From contig OZ025735.1 in NCBI GenBank assembly GCA_964019335.1, positions 186,001 to 250,000 of the forward strand: DNA of 64,000 nt, written 5' to 3'. The notes beneath the pieces were generated by a model that saw only the letters and a program-made list of their open reading frames with translations, made no database searches and had not been told where the DNA came from. Below, one piece after another: positions 1-11,152 of the stretch. A program made the translations under genes and the position numbers. Source of the stretch: Diplonema japonicum (Eukaryota; Protista; Euglenozoa: Diplonemea). Each line of letters opens with the position of its first letter. The stretch's first letter is position 1.

Positions 1-2
1 AC

Positions 3-665
3 ATGGCGCTCGGGACGTGTTACCTCCCTTCCGTGAGGGATACTGTTCACATTGTACATGGAATGGTGAAAACTCCCAAGAGCAACAGAGACCGGGTTCT
101 TGAAGACATGTTGACCAGGAACATGATAGGCAGAACCGGGAACAGCAGAGAGCTCGTTGGATTGTTAAAGGGAGCGGCGAACGGATCGTGTCAAGGAATC
201 GTAAAACGTATATTTTCAAACGGTCTGGATATGCGGTGGTTTACTGGATACTCCGCAGGGAGGCTTGCAGATTCTGTGCACAGCTTGGCACGGCTCTCTT
301 GGTCGGTGGAGATCACCTCGCTTCTAGATAGGTTTCCCCATCTGATCCCTGTTGCCGCGCAGCCGCTGGCGAATTTCGTCGCTTCCCTGGCTTTGCTTCC
401 CTCCACCATTAAGCCGTTCCTGTCGGACATCACCCTGTTGGGTCCTGTGACGCCGCCCACCGCAATTTCCTTAATCAACGTCTTTGCGAGGTGTAACGTG
501 TCCGCACCTACTAATGTTGTAGACAGATGTGTCGAAGTCTTGACAGGCGCACCTGTCCGAGAACACATCGCAAGGGAAACCCTTGAAAACCTACGAAAAA
601 TGCTGTACGGCAAAGGCAGAGGCGACCACGCCGTGGAATATTTACAAGCATGTTGTTGCAAGTAA
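3..665 (+). CDS. 3' part of a hypothetical helical protein (runs in from the window edge)
   Basis: Open 220-codon frame with coding-like composition ending in TAA at 665; no family motif recognised. Confidence 0.6.
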   Translation: MALGTCYLPSVRDTVHIVHGMVKTPKSNRDRVLEDMLTRNMIGRTGNSRELVGLLKGAANGSCQGIVKRIFSNGLDMRWFTGYSAGRLADSVHSLARLSWSVEITSLLDRFPHLIPVAAQPLANFVASLALLPSTIKPFLSDITLLGPVTPPTAISLINVFARCNVSAPTNVVDRCVEVLTGAPVREHIARETLENLRKMLYGKGRGDHAVEYLQACCCK

Positions 666-726
666 TCTTTCCCCCCCTTCCCATCTTTAAAAAAAAAAAA
701 AAAAAAGGGAAACAAAAAAAAAAAAA

Positions 727-1842
727 ATGGGTGTCAGCAAAGCCATGCCGCCAGCGAACACATGGTCCGTGGGCGAGGTAGGCCGATGGCTGTCGAGTAA
801 AGGTTTGGGGGAGTACTGCCGGCTGTTCGAAGAACAAAAAGTAGACGGCGAGGCGTTGTTGATGCTTGTCGAAGACGACTTTAGAAAACCCCCTCTGAGC
901 ATGCCTAAGGTTGGCGACATTAAGAAGATAGCGAAAAACATCGACACCCTAAGAGAGCAGGACGCAGTAACATCCTGCCTCGCAGGACAATCTGCAAACC
1001 CCATCTCCGACAAGGGGACAAGGAGCAGACAACTAGTGAGACTCGTAGCCGCCGCGGCGTACTGCTGCCTCTCTATATTCACAACGTCGTTCTCCTTAGT
1101 GGCAGCGCATGAAAGGGTCCCCCACACAGATTATTACCCACCTCTTCCGGATTTGTTTCTCGATAATGTTCCCAGGATACCGTGGGCATTTGCTGCGTCG
1201 GAGGTGTTCATATTGTCGTTGGGTGGGATATTGATCGCACTCCTTGTGGTTCACAGGGCAAGAATCGCCATCCTAACCCGTTTTCTTGCAATTTCCGCGA
1301 CGGTTTTCCTGTTGAGGTGTGTTACAATGCTAGCAACGTCGTTGTCGGTCCCGGGGGCTCATCTTGAATGTCAACAGCTGCAGCTTTCAAGTTTTCAAGA
1401 GAAACTTGATCGAGCGTTGACGATAATGATGGGGCTTGGGTCGACGGTGTTTGGGGTTGAAACGTGTGGTGATTATATGTTTAGCGGTCATTGCACAGGG
1501 CTCACCCTTCTAGCCTGCTTTATTTGTGAATACACCCCCGCCTCATGGGCAGGATTCCACCGAATTATATGGATGCTGTGTGTGTTTGGGATTTTTTGCA
1601 TTCTTGCCGCGCACGAGCATTACAGCATCGATTGTTTTGTAGGGTTTTATATTAGCTCGCGTGTGTTCGCGTACTACCACTCGCTGGCCTATCAGGTTTC
1701 GACAATGACGCCGTCGCAGTGGAAGAGGCTGGGGATGTGGTTCCCCTTGGTGGCCTACTTTGAGAGGTACACCCCCCCCAATGGTTACTCTAACACCTAC
1801 GATATTCCTTACTTCGCGAAAAATATTCGTTATGAAGATTAA
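727..1842 (+). CDS. SAM-domain sphingomyelin synthase-related protein (SMSr/SAMD8-like)
   Basis: N-terminal SAM (WSVGEVGRWL...VDGEALLML), PPLPD motif, catalytic CGDYMFSGH and AAHEHYSID motifs, about 6 TM segments. Confidence 0.93.
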   Translation: MGVSKAMPPANTWSVGEVGRWLSSKGLGEYCRLFEEQKVDGEALLMLVEDDFRKPPLSMPKVGDIKKIAKNIDTLREQDAVTSCLAGQSANPISDKGTRSRQLVRLVAAAAYCCLSIFTTSFSLVAAHERVPHTDYYPPLPDLFLDNVPRIPWAFAASEVFILSLGGILIALLVVHRARIAILTRFLAISATVFLLRCVTMLATSLSVPGAHLECQQLQLSSFQEKLDRALTIMMGLGSTVFGVETCGDYMFSGHCTGLTLLACFICEYTPASWAGFHRIIWMLCVFGIFCILAAHEHYSIDCFVGFYISSRVFAYYHSLAYQVSTMTPSQWKRLGMWFPLVAYFERYTPPNGYSNTYDIPYFAKNIRYED

Positions 1843-1931
1843 GTGAGGGGGAAGAGCGGTTGTATCAAAAAAAATTTTTTTCCGTGTTTTTTTTTTTTTT
1901 TTTTTTTGTTTGTTTGTTTGGACAAGGGAGG

Positions 1932-1965
<34 letters not shown>

Positions 1966-2069
1966 GAGAAATTGTTGTTGCTAAAAAAAAAAAAAAGAAG
2001 AAGAAAAAAAAGAGTCGAGGCACGCTTTGTTCGGCTTTTTTTTTTTTAAAACTTTTCATATAAAAAGAA

Positions 2070-2101
<32 letters not shown>

Positions 2102-2192
2102 CCCGGCTTTGTGTGAGAAAGTCTCCTCAATTTTACTTTACTTTATTCAAGTACCCTCCATTGGGGGTTGGGGGGCTGGGGCGAAATATTAT

Positions 2193-2735
2193 AATAGCTA
2201 TTTACTGCCAACAAGTACTGACTTCACCGTTACCTCGAGGCAACGGTAAAGCATTACTTGGCGGTAGGTAAGTGGCTTTATTTCACGACACTTCTGAAAT
2301 CTACTTCACCACGAGGTTACAATTCAAGTTGTTTTCCCTCATTTTGTTGACTAAGTGCTGCCGCTGTCGCTGGCATTGCTACTGTCACCATCTCTAATCA
2401 AGCCTTCTTCTCATACCTGGCGCGGCCACTCGTTTCTCACTTTCTGCTGGAGCTTGGTAAGCTGACTAAATGAAGAAAAGTTGTAATTGGGAACAAGGCC
2501 TAGCCAAAAGTGGGCAAATTAGGAGGAAAAGGTAGTCCAACTTGGAACTAAACCCAGGCGAAAGTTGGCCAATTGAGCTGAACCTGGGGGAAAATTAGCA
2601 AACTGAGAGGAAAAAGCAGCCCCACTGGAACTGAACCGAGGCAAAAATTGGCCTACCGAGGCACATTATTTCACCGTGAAGTAATGATATTTAGCGTTGC
2701 CCTAGTGCGTGAAGTAATTTCAGAAGAGTGAAATA
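2193..2735 (+). mobile_element. Hairpin/internal-complement element E1 (non-autonomous, no TIR/TSD); same family as E4
   Basis: Highly similar to 48611-49350. Left hairpin about 2200-2270; 2277-2309 is the reverse complement of right end 2709-2737; palindrome 2664-2686. Confidence 0.85.
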
Positions 2736-3893
2736 AAAAAAAAAAAAGAAAAGAAAAAAGAAGAATGAATTTTGATGAAAGGCACTTGGTACCTTCTGGT
2801 GTCATATTTTCTTTTTTTCTCTTTTTTTTTTTTTTTGTTTAGACTTGCTTTTTCTACCTCGGTGGGTTCACTTCTTGTTCTTCTTCCTCCTCCGTTCCCC
2901 GCCATGCACTGCTCTTTTTGATGTGTCGTGAGAGTTCTTATTGCAAAAACAAGTAAGCCGCGGGAAAGAAAAAAAAATGAAAAGCTAGAAGGGAAAAAAA
3001 AAAAAAAAGACGAGCTTACAAATTTCAATAAAACCTCCTATATAAAAGAAAAAAAAAAAGATAAAGAAGAAAAGAAAGAAAAAGTTCAAATGAAAGGTGA
3101 GGATGCGACTCAGTAGGACAGAAGTCTGTGTCCCGTTTTATGTGAGTTTAAAAAAAAAGAAAAAAAAAAAAAAAGAAAGACGTTGTACTAAGCACCCCCG
3201 TCACCCCGGGTTTCTTTTTTTTTTTTTTTTTTTTTTTTAGAGACAAGGGAGACGTTTCAAAACAGGAACCTCCTTTATCTCATCTCTTTCTGTTCCTTCC
3301 CCCCCCCTCTTTTTTCCTTCTTTTTTCTTCCGATGAGGGGGGGGGGGGGGGGTCAACGTGGTGAAGTCATTTTCAGAGTGAAATAAGACCCACGGCTTTC
3401 GGCTTTCTTTAGAAGAAAGGAAAAAAAAAAAAAAAAAAAAAAAAAAGGGACACGCAGATTTAAACTCTTTTTATAGAGAAAGTAAAAATGAAAAAAAAAT
3501 CACGTTGTCCACCCCCCTCCCCCCCCCCCTATTTTCCTTTATTTTTAGGGGGGAAAAAAGGGAGAGAAACCAACGTTTTCAGTAACTTTTTTTTGGGGGT
3601 GCTTGGTAATGAGTCAGTAGCGACGCCACTTCACTGATTCGAATTGAGTTTTTGTGGCAAATCCACTACATCGGTAGGGATAGATTTCTCTTAATTTCGG
3701 CATTAAAAAAAAAGTTACTGAGCGTTGTTCTTTTTTCCCAAAAGGGGGGGGGAAAAAAAAAGTGCGCTCCATGTCAGCTTCCTCCCATGTCTCTTTTTTT
3801 TTTTTCTCATATTTTGTCATAATTTTTTTGACATGTGGGGACGTGTTCATGCCATCTCCCCCCCCGCCAGAAATAACATTGGTAGCCTTTTTT

Positions 3894-4994
3894 ATATGGG
3901 TCGATTTCAAAAAACCCCCCCCCAAAAGAAATGAGGCCAATTGACACTTTCGTTGCATCTTTGGGCATGCCGCCCCCTTTAAAAAAATTCTCCATATTTC
4001 CCGGCCCATATTAGGAAAGAACCCGGGTCAGAAATCGCTCAAGAGTGCTATTTTTGACCTATGAAAAATTTCAGTCTTAGGGGTAAAAATCGGGTTTTAG
4101 TGGTTTTGGTAAAGTCAGAGAGTATGCTTTCAATAGCAAGAAATAGCGGAACTCACTGCTAGAAGGTGGCTGAAATGATGTTGGAAACCTTCATTTCCTA
4201 GTCTTCTGCGGCTGAGATGTGCTGCTGCTGAGTGGGCGACCTCGTTTCTTTTTCATACCATTAGGCCTTCTACCGCATTTTGGGGGGGTTTTAAGAGGCT
4301 CATTCGTAGGTGTACTTGGTGCTTTGGGCTTGTCATGGGGTGTCGAGTATTTTTGTAATTTGGTTACTATTCTTTCTCGTTTTTCAAGTCCGGGAAGGCT
4401 ATCAAGAACGTCCTCATACTCACAAGATTCATAGACTGGGGGCCTTTTCTCTGCCCTGTCTGCATCGAGTTCTTTGATGATGTACTTTAGTTCTTTCTAG
4501 CTCGTGGACGCGCGCGTAGCAAATACACCCTCCGTGTGCTCCTGAGCTCATATGCACCTGTAAAATCCGGAAACTCAAGAATCTTCTTTTTGTACGGGCC
4601 AAAGACATCAGTAACTACATCGTTGCCACTGAGCTTCTCAAAAACCTCTGTGGCGGGTGTCCTGATCGCCGTGGTGTTCCCATTTACCCTTTCTCGGTCC
4701 GAATACCATTTTTTTTTACCCCTAGCTTCTCAACAGCAAGTTTAAAAGCATCCATTTTTGTCACCCCCTCTTTTACTGAATTTGTGCAAAGTGAAAAAAC
4801 CCATTTTTGTCCCTAGGACTGAATTTCTGGGTACTAGTAACACTCACTTTCCCATTTTCTGGGGTGTTTTCTTTCCTAACCTGGGCCGGGAAAGTTGTAG
4901 AATTTTTTTCTTTGGGAAAAAGTACTTAAAGAAATATTGAAAGTGTCAATTGGCCTCATTTTGGGGGGGGTTTTTTTTTGAAACGATGCCATAT
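3894..4994. mobile_element. Non-autonomous TIR DNA transposon (possibly Sola-like, ATAT-flanked)
   Basis: About 55-bp imperfect TIRs (...tttcaaaaaacccccccc...aaatgaggccaattgacactttc at about 3894-3951; inverse at about 4939-4994), a second subterminal IR pair, ATAT at both ends. Confidence 0.7.
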
Positions 4995-5128
4995 TTCAAA
5001 ACCACAATTTCACCACCCCCCCCCTTCTTTCCCTTTTTTTTAATTCCCAACTTTTCTACTCACAGAAAAAAAAAGAAAAAAAAAAAGGACTCCCTTCCCT
5101 CCCCCTTTTTCTCCCTGTATTCCAAACA

Positions 5129-7534
5129 ATGGAAACAGAAGGAGTGGATATGGAAGTGGTGACGCAAGTGGATGATGAAGGCTGGTTGGATATCGTAGTG
5201 CTGTCGGCAGTGGTGATAGCTATTATGTGGTGGAAGTGGAGCTCCATGGTGGAACAGAAGAGACGGGAAAAAGAGCTGGAGGAACGGGAAAATTTGCGAA
5301 AGAAAATGACGATCCCCACAAAAGAGGAGTGGAAACTAGACGAAATCGCACACTACACAGGCGGCCCGGAAGACGACCCGAGCCCCATCGTCTTTGCAGT
5401 TAAAGACAGCGTATTCAATGTCTGGAGGGGAAGAGGCTTCTATGGCTGCGAAGGCGCTTACCACTGCTTCGCGGGCAAAGATGCAACCATCATGATGGCT
5501 ATGGAACTTCTAGAACCACCCACAGAATTACAAAACGAAAGAGCATTGACTAGGACGGAGCTCTCCACTTTGGACGATTGGTTTGCTACCTTCGCTTGGA
5601 AGTACGACATAATAGGGAAACTGGCACCAGGCGAGGGTATCTGGGAAAGAGAGCCGCAAAAACGGAGAGATTGGGACTTGAAAAGTATGTATCTTACAAA
5701 AAAAAAAAAATAGCTATTCATTCCTGATTTCACGCGTGGGGTCCCCTTTTTGACGAGTGATTTTACTTCACTCGCTTCGCTCGTGAAGTAAAAAAACGAG
5801 TCAAAAAAGGGGACCCCACAAGTGAAATCATGCTCTGATTTTATTCAATACTGCATTTTATCAGGCCCCCCGGTTCAAAATGGGTTTTTTTCGATAGACC
5901 TGCGGTGCTTTTTTGGCCGATTCTTTGACCCTTTTTTTCAAAAAAAATAAAAATAGGGGTGAACGTTAATTGGGCCTCTCGTTGGCTTGAACACTTTTTT
6001 TTTTCTCCCTGAACGTTTGTGCTACTCCTCCAGAAACTCAGCCTCAGTAAGGTTCACATTCCGTCTGCTTGTCGGCATATCATGAAACCGTCTTATGACG
6101 CAACTGATGAAGTCTTCACTCGGAACATCTGCCCCCTCCGTGCTTATCACCAATAGACAGTTCAGTTTCTCAGGTTGTAGAGCAGGGAATTGCGGATAGC
6201 AGCAAGAAGAACTCTATCGATGCAGGGCTTAGGAAAGAGCCCTCTAGAGTCTCCCTGATGGTGTCGTGGTTGATGGGAGAAGAACTTGTCTTGAGCTTGA
6301 AAAGCTCAGCCACCACTAGACTGATGTCTTCTCGCACGGCCTTAACCCAGTTATCTGGCTTCAGCTGCCGCACCCTCTTCCACACTTTATCCTTTGCCTC
6401 TTTGCCAAGTTCTATGGAGAACTGATTGCCTAAGTGGTGAAGCAGCGGCTCGACCAACTGCTTAGCTATTTCGATTTCGGGCTTGTCCCCTGCATAGATT
6501 TTATGGTCAAGATCGAATAAACCGGCAGCTTGCAACTCCGGCTGCGGCGCTAACCGCTGCTTCACGTTGCCCATCAGAGCGCTGAATTCGTGGCACAGAC
6601 TGGATGCCGTGGAACTGAGTTGGACTCCGTGGGACACGCAAAAGTTCGTCCATGGGGGGTTCTCGACATGAGCTGCCGATTCAGCGAGGTTCATGATTGC
6701 TCCATGAAGCAACCCGTTCACAGAACCGAATGAGAGGGAACTCTTCTGCAGTTTATTATTCAGTGGGTGCAGGCAATGCAATGCGGACTAAAACCACACC
6801 CCGTGATTAATAAAAAGAGAAAGATTCCTCACAAGGGCAACCCCTGCCCCCTTATGGCCTACCGCAGGTACTAGAAATTCGCCGGTCCACGTAGACAGGC
6901 GGCGTTATCAAAAAGAATTGCTTAGACAGGCGATCGCCGGTCTATCCCCACCTTACCGGGGGTTTGGTATGATCAATTCAGCGAATTGATGTTGACGTTT
7001 ATGTAAACGTGATTCTGTGCACTGTTGAAGTAGTGGGCTGTGTCGAAGGGGCAGAGCTGAAGGGGGCGTTGCAGGGGGACTGCTGTGTTTGTTCAACAGT
7101 TGGCCGTGCTTTTCTATTGGGTTTGATCGAGTGGTAGGTGCAAAACCTCTCCCACTCCTTCCTGTAGGCCATTTTGCTTGCCGTTGGAAGCCATCACAGT
7201 TTAGGCTGATGCCCTTGGCTCGCTTCCCGGTCGCCTTCGGTTTTCTTCCCATTTTGCTAGAAATGACTGTGGGCGTGAAATAAAGTACCTGATTTTCACG
7301 CCCAGCAACGTTTGGCTTAAAAACATGAGGAAAAAATCAGATACTTTATTTCACGCCCGTGAAATAAAGTGAAACCTGATTTATATCTTCCGGCCTAAAT
7401 TCTTTAAGCTGCTCAGAATTAAATAAAAAAAAAAAGTTGCGCAATATGCCCCATCTGGCATCGCTGCAGCTGTAGTTGTAGCTGCATCGCTGAGCGTTAC
7501 GCATCACAGTGGGACTCCCCGGGAAGGGGAATGA
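5129..7534 (+). CDS. Membrane-associated cytochrome b5-like heme/steroid-binding protein (MAPR family); join(5129..5684,7437..7534)
   Basis: N-terminal TM; AVKDSVFNV..GRGFYG..GAYHCFAGKDAT..LDDW...KYDIIGKL motif. Donor GTATGT at 5685 and acceptor (A)nAG at 7436 give an in-frame hydrophobic tail (KIAQYAPSGIAAAVVVAASLSV...). Confidence 0.85.
5709..7425 (+). mobile_element. Hairpin/internal-complement element E2, inside the MAPR intron
   Basis: Starts TAGCTATT like E1/E4; about 105-nt hairpin 5726-5830; 5840-5853 complementary to right end 7414-7427; palindrome actttatttcac-gccc-gtgaaataaagt at 7343-7370. Confidence 0.8.
6120..6781 (-). pseudogene. Probable hAT-like transposase C-terminal remnant carried inside E2
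   Basis: AAGLFDL (cf. AxxLDP) and LLLSAIPCSTT*ETELS (cf. hATC P(A/C)SSxxxERxFS), with a stop inside the motif. Confidence 0.45.
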
Positions 7535-7553
7535 TCTGGTGATTAGTTTTTTT

Positions 7554-7598
<45 letters not shown>

Positions 7599-7671
7599 GA
7601 CGATATCCCCACCCCCCCATAGCCATCCACGTATCACATCACACAAAAGGTAAGAAAAAAAAATTAAAAGA

Positions 7672-8328
7672 ATGTCATCAGCAAAGTTCAGTGTGAACTG
7701 GTGGGAGAGGGCGTGGCTGGAAGGGGACACCGGCTGGAAGTTCGTGGAGGCAACGGAAACCCTGCCTTTCGACAAGAATCTCGATACTGCTGCTGAGATC
7801 TTGAAAGAAAACCCCTTGAAGAAGAACGGCCACGCCTTCGTCCCTCTCTGCGGTGACTCCAAGGTGGTCCCCTACCTCGCGATGAAGGGGATGAAGGTGA
7901 CATGTGTCGAAGGGTCTGAACTCGCTCTGAACGGACTGAGAGAAGCGATCGGCACAATCCCTGAAGAAGCCCAACAACAGATTACAGTGATAGAAGGCGA
8001 CCTGTTCAAGGCAGAGCTTCCCACTGAATCCGTTGACTTCATCTATGACAGAGGAAGCCTCGTTGCAATCGATCCTGCAATGAGGCAAGAGTACTTCAAC
8101 GTGATGCAGAAAGTAAGCAAGCCTGGAGCTACATGTTTTTTGGAAGTAATCCACAGGACTACAGACATCACAGAAGGCCCACCACACCACATCACACTTG
8201 ACATGGTGAAGGACCTGTACCAGGGGTGGTCTGTGGGCATGGAAGAAAACGCTGTCGAGAAAGCAGAGAAGACAATCACCACGGGGATGCCATTCGGGTT
8301 TCCTATCGTGGCCATGAAGAGACTTTAA
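7672..8328 (+). CDS. Thiopurine S-methyltransferase (TPMT) family SAM methyltransferase
   Basis: W..AW..GDTGW, FVPLCGDS, GDLF, IYDRGSLVAI and GPP motifs. Confidence 0.9.
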   Translation: MSSAKFSVNWWERAWLEGDTGWKFVEATETLPFDKNLDTAAEILKENPLKKNGHAFVPLCGDSKVVPYLAMKGMKVTCVEGSELALNGLREAIGTIPEEAQQQITVIEGDLFKAELPTESVDFIYDRGSLVAIDPAMRQEYFNVMQKVSKPGATCFLEVIHRTTDITEGPPHHITLDMVKDLYQGWSVGMEENAVEKAEKTITTGMPFGFPIVAMKRL

Positions 8329-8491
8329 TCCCTCTTTTTGAAAAAAAAAAAAAAAAAAACCCCAAACTCACAATGGTTCCTAAGCAATAAGTCATTGAGC
8401 TTATCCTTGAGGGGATCACCACAAGAAGAGAATTTTCGTGGTGTGTGAGGCGGGTATCTCTCTCTCTCTTTTTTTTTTTTTTTTTCTTTTG

Positions 8492-8531
8492 AGGCGTCCT
8501 GCCACATACCGCAGGTACCCTTAAATGTCTC
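8492..8531. repeat. 40-nt dispersed micro-repeat, copy 1
   Basis: aggcgtcctgccacataccgcaggtacccttaaatgtctc; identical at 53608 and 61880; flanked by T-tracts. Confidence 0.9.
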
Positions 8532-8729
8532 TTTTTCTTTTTTTTTTTTTCCCTTCTTTTTTACAAGAAAGCGTTAGCTTTCCGTATCCCCCTACAGACA
8601 CAAGTCGGGGGGGGACTATGGGCTTTTCCTTTTCGTCCATCTATCCCCTTATACTCCTTGCTTTTTTTTTTCTTCTTTTTTTCTTTTCCTTTCTTGGATT
8701 ACCGAAAGGAAAAGATTTCAAGATACAAA

Positions 8730-8838
8730 CACTACGATAGGGCAGCGGGGAGCCACCTCAAACATGGGAGCATCATAAGGTAGGCACGCCACCGCCCGCG
8801 GTGGTCCGCTGCTGACCCCTTCGTTTCCTATCATAGTG
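8730..8838. mobile_element. 109-bp CACTA/Transib-like MITE
   Basis: Termini cactacgatagg ... cctatcatagtg (11/12 inverted match), AA on both flanks. Confidence 0.55.
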
Positions 8839-8925
8839 AATTTCCTTTCTTTTTTCCTCCCCTCTTAAATCCTTTTTTGCCCCCTACCTCTGCAACGTCT
8901 TAACATTTAGAATGGAAAAAATAAA

Positions 8926-10263
8926 ATGTCCTTCCCACCCAGCGAACTGATACGCCTTGGCAGCTCACTGTTGGTGTCCGGGCCTTCCGGTGCGGGGAAG
9001 GCGTATCACATCAAACAAGCAGCTTCACAAAAAAAACTCAAATTCCGCGAGCTGGAACCGATAGACATCTACTCCTTAAAATTCGAGGGCGGGGAACACG
9101 GCCTTCGACCGTTCTTCGCAGATTCCGCAAACGGGAGCGACGGGTGCCTGCTGGTAAAACACGTAGAAAGGCTTCTTGAAGACACCGACCTGTGGGGCTC
9201 ATTCGAAGACCTCCTCCAAAACCCCCCAAGAAACTGGTGCGTGTGCTGCACCGCACGAAGCACGACGGACATACCCGGGTTTATACTGTCTAAGTTCTCG
9301 CACTGCATAGAATCCCCAACGCCTAGCCTCGCGCAGCGATCAGAGTTAATATCAAACATCACGAGAGGGAAACCGATGCACGCAGACGCGGAATGGATAG
9401 CTGGCAGGCTCGGTGGTGTACCGGAGTACGAGATCCATCAGACCTTGACCGGTTTGGACACAAAGGCGGATTTTATCAAAGCGTCGCGTTCCCGAATCTC
9501 TGTGATGGAAAAAACGGGTTTCGGTGGGGCCACGGTGGCGAAAACAGAGTGGAAAGACGTTAAAGGACACGAGACGGTGAAATCAGAACTGCAAACTGCA
9601 TTGTCTTTATTCAAATCAGAGAAATCCGTTGCAGCACTGGGGCTTGACGGTTGTAATGGAATCCTGCTGTACGGCCTGCCAGGAAACGGGAAGACAATGC
9701 TTGCCAAGGCGGTAGCTACCGAAATGGGGGGTACTTTCCTGTATGGCAGTATACCCGGGTTGGTGAAGGGGTTTGTTGGGGAGTCGGAGAGAATGGTGAG
9801 GGAGCTCTTCAGTGAAGCGGGTAAGAACGCGCCGTGCTGCCTTTTTTTGGATGAAATCCAAGCTGTGTTCGGGGCACGCGAGGCATCGGGGGACCATGAT
9901 TCCCGCATTGTTTCTACTTTGCTTACTTGTATCGATAATGTGCCTTCCAGCGTTCTTCTGCTGGCTGCCACCAACACTCCTCACCAGCTTGACTCTTCGC
10001 TCCTTGTACCTGGAAGGCTCGACATGCACATACATGTTACGCCCCCATCGCACTCCGACCGTTCTTGTTTTTTCGTTCACAATGGCGTCAGTGCCGGGTT
10101 GGCGGGGCAGCTCGCGTCGGATACCGAAAACTACTCGTACTCTGACCTCGCTGCTGTGATGGCGATCTCGAAGCACTGCCCGTCTTTGCAGGATGCGGTT
10201 CGTGTCACGCACCCGTCCGCCGACCCTGAAACACTGCGGGAACTTTGTAGTTGGAAAGCTTGA
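8926..10263 (+). CDS. Two-module AAA+ ATPase (CDC48/AFG2-like subfamily)
   Basis: Degenerate first module (GPSGAGKA); second module with GLPGNGKT Walker A, LFLDE Walker B and AATN...LD..L..PGRLD second region of homology. Confidence 0.88.
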   Translation: MSFPPSELIRLGSSLLVSGPSGAGKAYHIKQAASQKKLKFRELEPIDIYSLKFEGGEHGLRPFFADSANGSDGCLLVKHVERLLEDTDLWGSFEDLLQNPPRNWCVCCTARSTTDIPGFILSKFSHCIESPTPSLAQRSELISNITRGKPMHADAEWIAGRLGGVPEYEIHQTLTGLDTKADFIKASRSRISVMEKTGFGGATVAKTEWKDVKGHETVKSELQTALSLFKSEKSVAALGLDGCNGILLYGLPGNGKTMLAKAVATEMGGTFLYGSIPGLVKGFVGESERMVRELFSEAGKNAPCCLFLDEIQAVFGAREASGDHDSRIVSTLLTCIDNVPSSVLLLAATNTPHQLDSSLLVPGRLDMHIHVTPPSHSDRSCFFVHNGVSAGLAGQLASDTENYSYSDLAAVMAISKHCPSLQDAVRVTHPSADPETLRELCSWKA

Positions 10264-10363
10264 AAAAAAAGAGAAAAAAAAAGAGTTCGCGGGATTTTTT
10301 TTTTTTTTTAACACAACCCAGAGACAAGAATAACTGACCTTTAAAGGAAAGAAAAGAAAGAAA

Positions 10364-11152
10364 ATGAGCAAGCAGAACTGTCCGATGTGCAAGGGCCAGG
10401 GCAACTTCGACGTGTGGGGCCGGCCTTGTGCGGCCAACCACATGCACGCGAAGATGGCGTGCCCGTTGTGCCAAGGGGTGTGTTTTGTGATGGGGGACTA
10501 CAACGAGTGTGGGACGTGCAAGGGGAAGGGCGGGGTGAGCTCCTTCGGACACCCCTGCGTGAAGACCGACATGCACTTCACGAAGGACTGCCACATGTGC
10601 AACGGAGCAGGCTGGACGAAGGTAGCAGGTGGGTGCTACCCGCCAGTTCCTGGAATGCCGAATGCTGACTTCTCATCTGATTGGGTGAATGTGACGGTGA
10701 GGCCGAGCGAACCTAACCCGGTGCAACCTAACCCAGTGCCCCACAACCCTTACGTGCAGCCGGTGCCTCACAACCCGTATGTTCAGCCTGGTGGCCAGCC
10801 TGGGGGTGCTATGCCGCATAACCCGTATGCCCCGAACCCTAGCGCACCCCCGGCTATGCCTATGCCTGTACCTATGCCAGCACATAACCCGACCCGTGCT
10901 GTTCCCACCCTTCCAGTTGCCGGAAGCTGGCGCAATGCAGCTGATCTTCATGATGTCAGCACCATTACCCAAAACGGCGCCACCTTTACCACCAGTAACC
11001 CCAAGCATACCTGGTCCCCCAGCGAGGGCGTGCTCTCTGGTAATGCCCTCAGCTGGATGAGTGGGGGCCTCTCCCCCTTCACGGCCACAGTGAACCCAGA
11101 GCACAATTGCATTACCTTCTCCAACGGTGGCGTTTGGGTACGCATGACATGA
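10364..11152 (+). CDS. Cys-rich CxxCxGxG zinc-finger protein with Pro-rich PHNPY repeats
   Basis: CPMCKGQG, CPLCQGVC, CGTCKGKG, CHMCNGAG; three PHNPY repeats; beta-rich C-terminus. Confidence 0.75.
   Translation: MSKQNCPMCKGQGNFDVWGRPCAANHMHAKMACPLCQGVCFVMGDYNECGTCKGKGGVSSFGHPCVKTDMHFTKDCHMCNGAGWTKVAGGCYPPVPGMPNADFSSDWVNVTVRPSEPNPVQPNPVPHNPYVQPVPHNPYVQPGGQPGGAMPHNPYAPNPSAPPAMPMPVPMPAHNPTRAVPTLPVAGSWRNAADLHDVSTITQNGATFTTSNPKHTWSPSEGVLSGNALSWMSGGLSPFTATVNPEHNCITFSNGGVWVRMT

Noticed and set aside
2193-2735. Canonical Helitron identity for E1-E5
   Set aside because: No 5'-TC/CTRR-3' ends and the hairpins are far longer than Helitron terminators; the Helentron-like option is left open.
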